IMG/VR virus record: IMGVR_UViG_3300037067_004728
Span: 1 to 64,000 of that record
Length of the DNA: 64,000 nt
Direction: 5' to 3' (one strand)
DNA from: a virus
Lineage: Duplodnaviria > Caudoviricetes
Part shown: positions 1-7,723 of the stretch, piece after piece
Layout: the number at the start of each line of letters is the position of its first letter
Numbering within the stretch: position 1 is the stretch's first letter
Made by a program: the position numbers and the translations under genes
The notes under the pieces: generated by a model
Seen by the model: only the letters and a program-made list of their open reading frames with translations
Database searches by the model: none
Told to the model about the DNA's origin: nothing

Positions 1-1902
1 ATGCCAACTGGTAATTTTTGCTGGTTGCCTGCTGGGTCAGAAGTTTTCTTAGAATCTGACCCCGATAATCCAGTTCATATCTTAGCCGAAGCTACTGAAA
101 CAGAAGTTTTGTATATTGTAAGTTTAATACCTGGAACAGTGAATAGTGTCGCCGCCTATAAAAAACAACAGACAACGGGGCGAGATTTATTGATGACCGT
201 CCCCTCCAATCTATATGTTGTCTATGAAACAGACTACATTGGTTATACTGTTACAGAAATTGGTTTTGCAGTGCCATTGAGTCGCGTTGATGATTCATGG
301 AGCGATGATATTTATGTGTCATTCACATCTGATGTGGGGCCAAATCCAGTTGACATTATTGACTGGCTGCTAACCAAGTATACAAATTTAACATTTGATG
401 CTACGTCAAAAGCCCATGTAAAAACTCGTCTGACTAACTATCCTAATAATTTCTGGGTCAAGGAAAAACTTAATGTTTTTCAATTGATCCAGGATATTGC
501 ATACCAATCTAGGTGCGCTTTATATATTCGTGATGATGTCGTGTTTATTGTGTACCTAGCAGAAGAACCGACTTCGCTTAGAACATTAACTGAATCGGAT
601 ATTATTGCCAATTCATTTAATATCAAATTAAGTGATTCTAGTGATCTAGTTACAAAATATGTTGCAACATGGAAAGAAACAGAAGCAGGTGTTGTTGCAA
701 CAGATACTACCGATAATAAATTAGTCCTAAAATACAATGTAAATAAGTACGGTATTATGGAAGATAGTACCGATTACTACACTCAAAATACATTCAGTAC
801 AATTCTAAAGTCAGCAACATTTTGGCTCATAAGACTGTCAAATACGTGGAAACAGGTTGAATTTGATGCGCCTCTAACTATGTTGGATTTAGATTTATTT
901 GATTGCATAACATTAGAAGTTGGACAGCTATCATCAACACCTGTCAAATCAATTATTACAAGCATCCAATATGACAATGACAATAATACTATACATTTTG
1001 AATGTTTAACACCTATCAGATCAGGCGAAACTGAACAATATAAATTTTTCTGGCCTGCTGATATTGATCCAGCGAGTTTATTCCCGCCTACTCAAGAAGA
1101 AATAAATGCAGGAGCAGGGTATCCATTTATCATAACTCCACCAATTGGACATATTTTACGTGGTGGCGATGTTGTATTAGATGATGAAACTCATGTAATC
1201 TTATCCGCAGGCGACCAATACCCATCAGACCTTGATGATACTTTTCCAAGTATTACTTGTAAGATTTCTGATGTTATGGATATTGTTGAACCGGAGCCTG
1301 AGATTGTTGCCTTAGAATTGGCTAGAAAAGCGTTCCAAGCAACAAGAAGTAATTATCAACCTCCACCGTATGGTAGCGCTGGTGCCGGTCAAGGGAAGCC
1401 TGATTGTGAAGAATGTGGTCTTGATTGTAACTCGCATACTAATGTTTGTACTTGGCAAGTTTCTGTGACTACGATTATTCCATTCTTGAGTCGAGGTTGT
1501 GGTCAGATGTTTTGTCAATGGGGTGGCGGCGGTCAACCTTGTACAGGCATTGTTAAAACTTGCTGCTATTCATTTGGTAGTTATCAAGATGCTTTGAATT
1601 TCCGTGCTGGACAATTAAATAATGCAGCAGCCGGTATAACTCGATGCGATGATGGATCAACTATTAACACAAGTAATATTACTAGCGTATCACAACCACA
1701 GGTTCACTATGGTAAGAGTATGAATCAAAATCCTCCATTTGGTGGCTGGGTTGTCAGTAAAGAATATGATTTATGCACATCCGCCCCGTCAGCAGGATCA
1801 GGATTCGGTCCTGGCAATTCATTGGGAAGTCAATGCACATGCGTTTGCGCTCACTTTGGCGGTTGTGGTGGACATTATCTTGGTGAATCATGGGAATGCT
1901 AA
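1..1902 (+). CDS. Tail-tip/baseplate hub-like virion protein (probably 5'-truncated by the window) with Cys-rich C-terminal domain
   Basis: 633-aa ORF. NPVDIIDWLL and IQDIAYQSRCALYIRDD segments resemble phage tail-tip proteins. About 16 Cys in the last ~170 aa. Sits in a structural context. Confidence 0.55.
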   Translation: MPTGNFCWLPAGSEVFLESDPDNPVHILAEATETEVLYIVSLIPGTVNSVAAYKKQQTTGRDLLMTVPSNLYVVYETDYIGYTVTEIGFAVPLSRVDDSWSDDIYVSFTSDVGPNPVDIIDWLLTKYTNLTFDATSKAHVKTRLTNYPNNFWVKEKLNVFQLIQDIAYQSRCALYIRDDVVFIVYLAEEPTSLRTLTESDIIANSFNIKLSDSSDLVTKYVATWKETEAGVVATDTTDNKLVLKYNVNKYGIMEDSTDYYTQNTFSTILKSATFWLIRLSNTWKQVEFDAPLTMLDLDLFDCITLEVGQLSSTPVKSIITSIQYDNDNNTIHFECLTPIRSGETEQYKFFWPADIDPASLFPPTQEEINAGAGYPFIITPPIGHILRGGDVVLDDETHVILSAGDQYPSDLDDTFPSITCKISDVMDIVEPEPEIVALELARKAFQATRSNYQPPPYGSAGAGQGKPDCEECGLDCNSHTNVCTWQVSVTTIIPFLSRGCGQMFCQWGGGGQPCTGIVKTCCYSFGSYQDALNFRAGQLNNAAAGITRCDDGSTINTSNITSVSQPQVHYGKSMNQNPPFGGWVVSKEYDLCTSAPSAGSGFGPGNSLGSQCTCVCAHFGGCGGHYLGESWEC

Positions 1903-1918
1903 AATAAGGGAGAGAATT

Positions 1919-2260
1919 ATGTTAGCATGTAAATTTCAATTAGCTGTGTTTGATGTCAATAGTCAACTTAATTTTATTTCTTGTACGAATCCTATAAATA
2001 CGAATCTATATTATACTTTAGTTAATTCGCATATTTGTGGCCAATGTCCATTTGCAGAACTTGAGGAGGTTCATCGGTTTGAAGAACGACAATCGGAACC
2101 ACGGTCCCCAGAGTCAGTTAAACAAATGTTTGAAACTTCTTGTGCCCAATGTCCTGACTATCAACCCGATAAAAAGTGTTGTTACCAGATGCATAATTCT
2201 AAGACGATTAAAGAAATGCTTACTGACTCATTGGGTCATTGTCCGAGGCGATTATGGTAA
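1919..2260 (+). CDS. Cys-rich small protein ending HCPRRLW
   Basis: ATG at 1919 after GGGAGAG. Multiple CxxC motifs. C-terminal CPxxLW shared with the next gene. Confidence 0.6.
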   Translation: MLACKFQLAVFDVNSQLNFISCTNPINTNLYYTLVNSHICGQCPFAELEEVHRFEERQSEPRSPESVKQMFETSCAQCPDYQPDKKCCYQMHNSKTIKEMLTDSLGHCPRRLW

Positions 2261-2958
2261 ATTGTACACGTTGTCAAAAAATTGTTCGTAGGGAAGCAAA
2301 TGGTACTACACAAGAACGGTATAAATGTGTCAATGGAATGGCAAATACTTTTCGGCAACAAGTTGATGAGGAGACTTGTACAAAATGTGTTTTAAAACAA
2401 GCCTGGGATTGTTTATGTAATTTAAATCCACCAAGGCTCCCAATTTTAAACCAACCAACTTTAGGTTGTAATAATGAAATAATATATTCTAATGGTGAAC
2501 CTCCGTGCCCGTATGGATATAAGCCGACAGATGATCCTTTAAAATTTGAACCAGATTGGCCTGAATGCACATATTTAGAATCTGCTAATGAATTAAATGC
2601 TGATGGATCAGTTAAAATTAAGGCTCGGTGTGCAATTACACATAAATTAGTTGACCCGCAAACTTGTAAAAGTTGTGCCGGTGATGTTAATTCAATCGCT
2701 CCAAAGGAATATCCAGCACTAGCGACAGAATTAACTACTTATGTTCAGGCTGTTAAGGGGTGGGTATCTGAGGGGCGCCCCGTAAGAACTGATGAAGAGG
2801 TCGCGGAAATTCATGCAAAATATTGTTCGCAATGCGATTGGTATGATGCAGAACAACAGCGTTGTAAGGGGTGCGGATGTAAAACACGAGCCGAAGGTGC
2901 TGCTCTATTAAACAAAATTAAAATGAGTACGCAACACTGTCCCAAACAACTATGGTGA
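2254..2958 (+). CDS. Cys-rich multi-domain protein ending HCPKQLW
   Basis: Many CxxC motifs; C-terminal CSQC...CKGCGC...CPKQLW. Middle domain resembles ORF 10951..11238. Confidence 0.65.
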   Translation: MVNCTRCQKIVRREANGTTQERYKCVNGMANTFRQQVDEETCTKCVLKQAWDCLCNLNPPRLPILNQPTLGCNNEIIYSNGEPPCPYGYKPTDDPLKFEPDWPECTYLESANELNADGSVKIKARCAITHKLVDPQTCKSCAGDVNSIAPKEYPALATELTTYVQAVKGWVSEGRPVRTDEEVAEIHAKYCSQCDWYDAEQQRCKGCGCKTRAEGAALLNKIKMSTQHCPKQLW

Positions 2959-2961
2959 TAT

Positions 2962-3522
2962 ATGGATTTCTCTTGGTTATCCGATATTTTTAATGCAATA
3001 CTAAAATTTATCCCCCGTCCCATTATTGTAAGAGCAACGCATGGAGGAGTAAAGTGGCGTTTTGGAAAATTTGTTAAAGAAATGAAGCCAGGATGGCATT
3101 GGGTTTGGCCTTTAACAACTGACCATGAAATTATAGTAACCGCCCGACAAACAAACCATCAACCTGGGCAGGCATTGTCTACCAGGGATAAAAAGCAAGT
3201 TGTCGTAAGTGTCCTGGTGGTCTTCTCTGTCAAAGATGTAGTGAGAGCCATCGGCGAGCAGAACTGGGATGTTGGCACGACAGTAAACGACATCACACAG
3301 GCTGCGACAGTCGAGGTTGTCACCCGATGGAACCTAGATGACTTGCTTGAGAATGTATCCGGTAAAGTTAAAGAAGAACTTACCGATGAAGTACGTAAAC
3401 AACTGAGACAATTTGGTGTTTATGTGCATAGAGTTTGTTTAACTGAATTATCACCTTGTCGAGTATTTAAACTTGTTGGGCAGAGTGGTACTTCACCAAC
3501 CTTTAATATTGAAGGCATTTAA
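2962..3522 (+). CDS. SPFH/band-7 family membrane protein
   Basis: IIVRATHGGVKWRFGK...PGWHWVWP, TRDKKQVVVS and FGVYVHRV are typical SPFH motifs. Confidence 0.8.
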   Translation: MDFSWLSDIFNAILKFIPRPIIVRATHGGVKWRFGKFVKEMKPGWHWVWPLTTDHEIIVTARQTNHQPGQALSTRDKKQVVVSVLVVFSVKDVVRAIGEQNWDVGTTVNDITQAATVEVVTRWNLDDLLENVSGKVKEELTDEVRKQLRQFGVYVHRVCLTELSPCRVFKLVGQSGTSPTFNIEGI

Positions 3523-3524
3523 TA

Positions 3525-4094
3525 ATGAAAAATACCGCTCAATATCCCTATAAAATTTTTGACGGGTGTTCTACAGGCAATCCGTCACGAAACTCGCGTT
3601 TTGATGATATAAATCCAACGGCTAGAGATTATGACCAATTAGCGGCTGAAATTATAGCAACTCAAACTAAATTAAATTCTAGCGGTATTGTTGATCCTAC
3701 ATGGTATGAACAGGTAGAAAATAATTCAGGGGTTGATGTACAAATAGGACAAGTTGTTTGTTTAAAATCTAATGGAAAATTTACCTTAGCCCATGCCAAT
3801 AATATTACAACGTCGGAAGTATTAGGTTTAGTTGCCGATGAAATAATTTCAAATGGAAATATTGGTACAATTCAATTGATGGGGTCATTAGATTCAACAA
3901 CTGTGAAATGGGACGCAATTACAAATCAAAGCGGAGGGTTGACACCAAATAGTATTTATTATCTTAGTGTTGATACGCCGGGTAAATTATCTATTACACC
4001 AACAACAATTGACAATACATGCCTTGTAAGGGTAGGAAAGGCATTGAGTCCAGTGACGTTACTTATCTACCCACAAGAACCCATATTACTATGA
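3525..4094 (+). CDS. Virion decoration/fibre protein
   Basis: IGQVV...GLV...GTIQ..G...WDAIT..GGLTP.SIYYLS domain, paralogous to the C-terminal domain at 4817..5200. Confidence 0.6.
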   Translation: MKNTAQYPYKIFDGCSTGNPSRNSRFDDINPTARDYDQLAAEIIATQTKLNSSGIVDPTWYEQVENNSGVDVQIGQVVCLKSNGKFTLAHANNITTSEVLGLVADEIISNGNIGTIQLMGSLDSTTVKWDAITNQSGGLTPNSIYYLSVDTPGKLSITPTTIDNTCLVRVGKALSPVTLLIYPQEPILL

Positions 4095-4106
4095 AAGGTT
4101 TAAAAA

Positions 4107-5200
4107 ATGGCTGAGCGTAAACCCGTTACTTTAGTCAATGGGCACTTAGGCCAACTGCCATCTGGCGATCAATTGTCAGCAGGCGCGTTCGTTTTTCCAG
4201 CAACCGACGGTAATGCTAATCAAGTATTAAGTACCAACGGTGAAGGAGGCGTAACATGGGTCGATCAAGCTCAAGGTCCAAGTGGACCTACAGGTCCAGA
4301 AGGCCCCACAGGACCATCAGGCCCGTCAGGTCCATCAGGTCCAAGCGGCCCCCAGGGTGATACTGGTGCTGAGGGAGCAACAGGCCCGGAGGGGCAACAG
4401 GCCCATCAGGTCCATCAGGTCCAAGCGGCCCATCAGGTCCGCAGGGAGAGACTGGTGCCGAAGGTGCCACAGGTCCAGAAGGTGCCACAGGTCCATCAGG
4501 GCCGTCTGGACCGTCAGGACCATCTGGCCCGCAGGGTGACACTGGTGCAGAGGGGGCAACTGGCCCGGAAGGTGCTACAGGCCCAAGCGGCCCGTCAGGT
4601 CCGTCAGGTCCGAGTGGTCCAGAAGGTGCTATAGGTCCAGAAGGTGCTACAGGCCCGGAGGGGGCGACAGGCCCATCAGGTCCAAGCGGCCCGTCAGGCC
4701 CAAGCGGTCCAGAAGGTGCGACTGGTCCATCAGGGCCGTCAGGTCCGAGCGGTCCAGAAGGTGCTACAGGCCCGTCAGGTCCGAGCGGCCCAGAAGGCCC
4801 AAGTGGCCCAGGTCTATTGTTTACAGCAACAAATGCTCAAGGTTCAACAATCAATATTGGTCAACCAGTATATGCAGATGCTAGTGGTATAAAACTTGCA
4901 GATGCCGATGCTTGGGCAACCAGCAGTGTTGTCGGTTTAGTAGCCGATACAACTATTGATAATGAAGCGAGCGGTACGATTCAAAATGCCGGCGCTTTAA
5001 CAGCAACCACTGGGCAATGGGATGCCGTAACAGGTGGATCAGGAGGTCTCACCCCTGGTTCTGTTTATTACCTATCAACAACGGAAGGTGGTTTAACCAC
5101 CACTGCTCCGACAGAAGCAGGTGATGTAGTCGCTCCAATAGGAAAGGCTCTAACTGCAACAGTGTTGATAATCAACATTCAGATACCAGTCGAGTTGTAA
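4107..5200 (+). CDS. Collagen-like (Gly-Pro-Ser/Thr/Glu) fibre protein interrupted by a 1-nt frameshift at 4391-4394
   Basis: GPS/GPE/GAT repeats continue in a shifted frame into the 4817..5200 domain. Adding one G gives a single 364-aa ORF (1095 nt). Confidence 0.75.
4275..4812 (+). repeat. GC-rich degenerate 9-bp-period collagen-coding repeat
   Basis: Recurrent ggtccatca/ggcccgtca/ggtccaagc/ggtccagaa units. Confidence 0.9.
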
Positions 5201-5202
5201 AA

Positions 5203-5469
5203 ATGTTAAGAAATCCCCTGGTTATTATTAACGGTAGAGTACAATCACTACCCGAAGGGGATACTATTGATGCTCCCAGTGGTCCGACGGGTCCGAGTGG
5301 CCCGTCAGGACCGGCTGGCCCATCAGGTCCAGAGGGGGCAACTGGCCCGTCAGGTCCGAGCGGCCCTAGCGGTGCAAGTACAAATTTACCCAATGCACCT
5401 GTTGTTAATGGTGATTATGCGTTACGAGTGGCAAATTCGGGCGCAACAATTACATGGGTAGTAGTCTAA
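5203..5469 (+). CDS. Short collagen-like protein
   Basis: N-terminal [17 protein letters not shown] shared with neighbours, then GPS repeats, then STNLPN...GAT(I/L)xW. Confidence 0.75.
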   Translation: MLRNPLVIINGRVQSLPEGDTIDAPSGPTGPSGPSGPAGPSGPEGATGPSGPSGPSGASTNLPNAPVVNGDYALRVANSGATITWVVV

Positions 5470-5933
5470 TGTTACAAAAACCACTTGTTCTGGTTAATGG
5501 AAAGCCACAGCATTTACCTGCCGAAGATATATTAGATGGAGCCAGTGGTCCGAGTGGGCCATCAGGTCCAAGCGGCCCATCTGGTGTAGAAGGACCATCT
5601 GGTTCTTCGGGACCAAGCGGCCCGTCTGGCCCTTCTAGCACTAATTTACCTAATTATCCGACTGAGGATGGGCTTTACAAATTGCACATTGCTGACGACG
5701 GGGCTACCCTTAGCTGGACTCACATTGACAAAGTTAGAATAACTCGCCAATATGTGGACTCGCTAGGAAGCGGATTTGGTAAGTTACGAGCCACTCGTCA
5801 GTATGTTGATGTAATAGGTCCGGGCGAAGCAGGCAAGATTCAAATTACCCGACAATTCATCAATGCTCTAGGCGGCGCTGATGGGGCTATTCTTATTAGC
5901 CGCCAGTATGTAGAAATTTTAAGCGATGCTTAA
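5469..5933 (+). CDS. Collagen-like protein with four C-terminal (T/S)RQ(Y/F)(V/I) repeats
   Basis: TAATG coupling to the previous gene. KPLVLVNGKPQHLP, GPS repeats, then RITRQYVD/RATRQYVD/QITRQFIN/LISRQYVE. Confidence 0.75.
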   Translation: MLQKPLVLVNGKPQHLPAEDILDGASGPSGPSGPSGPSGVEGPSGSSGPSGPSGPSSTNLPNYPTEDGLYKLHIADDGATLSWTHIDKVRITRQYVDSLGSGFGKLRATRQYVDVIGPGEAGKIQITRQFINALGGADGAILISRQYVEILSDA

Positions 5934-6550
5934 AGAATTGGCATTTGCAACAATGCCTTGTATAGTTTGGCCTCAGCTAAAGCATCGGCCAGGGCGTCAT
6001 GTGCATTTATAATAGGAATCTTTAATTTTTGGCACATGGATTTTAAGCTGACCGAGTTAAATGGTGGTTTTTCACCTTGAAAAAATGCTCTGTCATTAAG
6101 AGCAATACCATACATCATTGAATCTCGTGGGTGTGGATGAAAAAATTGGTTAAAGGCTTCAATCCCCAACCATGCCTTCAAAAATCCGGCCTCAAAGGCC
6201 CAATTATGAGCCAGAGGCACTAATGATTTGCGGTAAGGTAATTCAAGACGTTGAAACCACTCATCAAACATATCAGCCGCTCTAATTTGACTAATTGCAT
6301 TTTGCTGCAAGTCATAAATATTAAGCCCATGCACTGTTGTAGCCTCTTTTTCAGCCCGCTCTGGATACTCTGGCGCGACTTGCATATAAAAAGGGCGTAC
6401 ATCAGGGAATGGGTCTAAATTTGCATCCAGTGGTTGTACTGCAATTTGTATAATTTCATGGTAGCCAGGCATTCTTCCAGTTGTTTCAACATCGACAGCC
6501 GCCATTAAATTGTAGTTTAGACTAATTAGACTATTATATGATCTGGGCAT
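5930..6550 (-). CDS. DEDDh 3'-5' exonuclease (DnaQ/RNase T-like)
   Basis: DVETTG, AHNWAFE, HDALADA motifs. Confidence 0.85.
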   Translation of the reverse strand: MPRSYNSLISLNYNLMAAVDVETTGRMPGYHEIIQIAVQPLDANLDPFPDVRPFYMQVAPEYPERAEKEATTVHGLNIYDLQQNAISQIRAADMFDEWFQRLELPYRKSLVPLAHNWAFEAGFLKAWLGIEAFNQFFHPHPRDSMMYGIALNDRAFFQGEKPPFNSVSLKSMCQKLKIPIINAHDALADALAEAKLYKALLQMPIL

Positions 6551-6789
6551 TATCCTCTCCTAAAAAAGCCGTGCCGACAGGCTTCTCTCCATAAATGTGG
6601 ATTCGCTTCTATAGCATCAAAGCCAACACTATTAGCCCAGTCTCTAAAGGCTTCATAAATCTTATTTCTAGGATAGCCGCCACCAACAACAATGGGGTTG
6701 GGTAGTGCTACTAGATAAATCAAGAAGTCATAAAAACCACCGGCTATCAAAAGTCGGGCTTCCTGTGTATTAGGATTTGCGTCGTCCAT
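6550..6789 (-). CDS. Hypothetical protein
   Basis: 79-aa ORF coupled between operon neighbours. Confidence 0.5.
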   Translation of the reverse strand: MDDANPNTQEARLLIAGGFYDFLIYLVALPNPIVVGGGYPRNKIYEAFRDWANSVGFDAIEANPHLWREACRHGFFRRG

Positions 6790-7267
6790 TCTTTCGTGTC
6801 CTCTTTGCAGATTTTGCGACGGGCTTAGAGCGACGTTTTATCAACTCACTGTCAGGAGTTGTGGTGTCAATACCCAATGGATTGTCGGTTATTTCCAGCG
6901 GGTTAAATGGCAAATCATTTAAGGCTGGGTCTAAAAGTCCTTCTTCAATTCGCATACGAGTTTCAATAAGACAAAGAATATTCCAAGCGGCCATTGAATC
7001 ATGTGGTTCATCGCGGTCGCCACGAAGATATTTCATAAAATGACGGATAGCACTATCGGCATATCTACTAAGAGGTATACCCTTTTCCCAATTTCGAGCG
7101 GCATATTTCTTAGCCCCAGCTTCAAATACTTTTGCCACTTCAATAAGAGCGCGAACAGGTAGGAGGTCCATTCGTCCCTTGCCTTCTTGGGCATCCCGCA
7201 CCGCCCCGGTTCCGAATTCTGCTCTGGTGCCACTATCCTTAATTTGCCACTTTGCTTTTGTCGCCAT
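6770..7267 (-). CDS. dATP/dGTP diphosphohydrolase domain protein (DUF5664-like)
   Basis: GAVRD..GKGRMDLLP..AL.EVA.V...GA.KY..RNWEKG...SRY.DSA.RH...EPH...AAWN. Confidence 0.8.
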   Translation of the reverse strand: MATKAKWQIKDSGTRAEFGTGAVRDAQEGKGRMDLLPVRALIEVAKVFEAGAKKYAARNWEKGIPLSRYADSAIRHFMKYLRGDRDEPHDSMAAWNILCLIETRMRIEEGLLDPALNDLPFNPLEITDNPLGIDTTTPDSELIKRRSKPVAKSAKRTRKNGRRKS

Positions 7268-7520
7268 ATTTTTCCTCCAATAATTGAATCAAAACATCAC
7301 CATGACAAGGTAGTGGCTTACAATAACAACCCAGCCGCTTACCTCTAAGTATCTCAAGCTGTTCTAATAGTTGAGGTTGTGTCAATATCCATTGCCTATA
7401 AAGTTCAATTACTGCACTTCTTGTGCCATCGACCCCAATAGTAAATGGATTTCCCCATTGGCCACCGCGACCAATATAGACATCATAATCATCGTGTTGA
7501 ATATTTACAACCGTTGTCAT
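7239..7520 (-). CDS. DUF4326 family protein
   Basis: DVYIGRG..WGNPF...LRGKRLGCYCKP.PCHGDVL. Confidence 0.9.
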   Translation of the reverse strand: MTTVVNIQHDDYDVYIGRGGQWGNPFTIGVDGTRSAVIELYRQWILTQPQLLEQLEILRGKRLGCYCKPLPCHGDVLIQLLEEKYGDKSKVAN

Positions 7521-7525
7521 TAAAT

Positions 7526-7723
7526 TTACACGTAGTTGATTTGATCGGCTAATTCCATATAGTCATCAAGACTTTGAATTTCAATAAAGTCCCCACCATG
7601 CTGTTTTGCAAAGTGGGCGTGACTTCTATGAAACTCGCCTGTCCAACGAATTTCGGCCACTGGAATAGCGTGGTCTCTAGTCAACCATTTGTACACTGTA
7701 ATAATACAATCCATTTTAAACAT
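7526..7723 (-). CDS. Hypothetical protein
   Basis: 65-aa ORF overlapping the primase stop. Confidence 0.45.
   Translation of the reverse strand: MFKMDCIITVYKWLTRDHAIPVAEIRWTGEFHRSHAHFAKQHGGDFIEIQSLDDYMELADQINYV

Noticed and set aside
4282-4892. Gln/His-rich and reverse-strand GPDG ORFs
   Set aside because: These are off-frame and antisense shadows of the collagen repeat.
4275-5640. Possible CRISPR-like repeats
   Set aside because: Degenerate 9-bp coding periodicity with no unique spacers and no cas genes.
1-5933. Diversity-generating retroelement acting on tail genes
   Set aside because: No reverse transcriptase and no adenine-mismatched template/variable repeat pair seen in this window.
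6770-7267. Claim of a Z-base (2-aminoadenine) or 7-deazaguanine genome
   Set aside because: The hydrolase alone is not diagnostic, and no PurZ, Que or DpdA genes are visible here.
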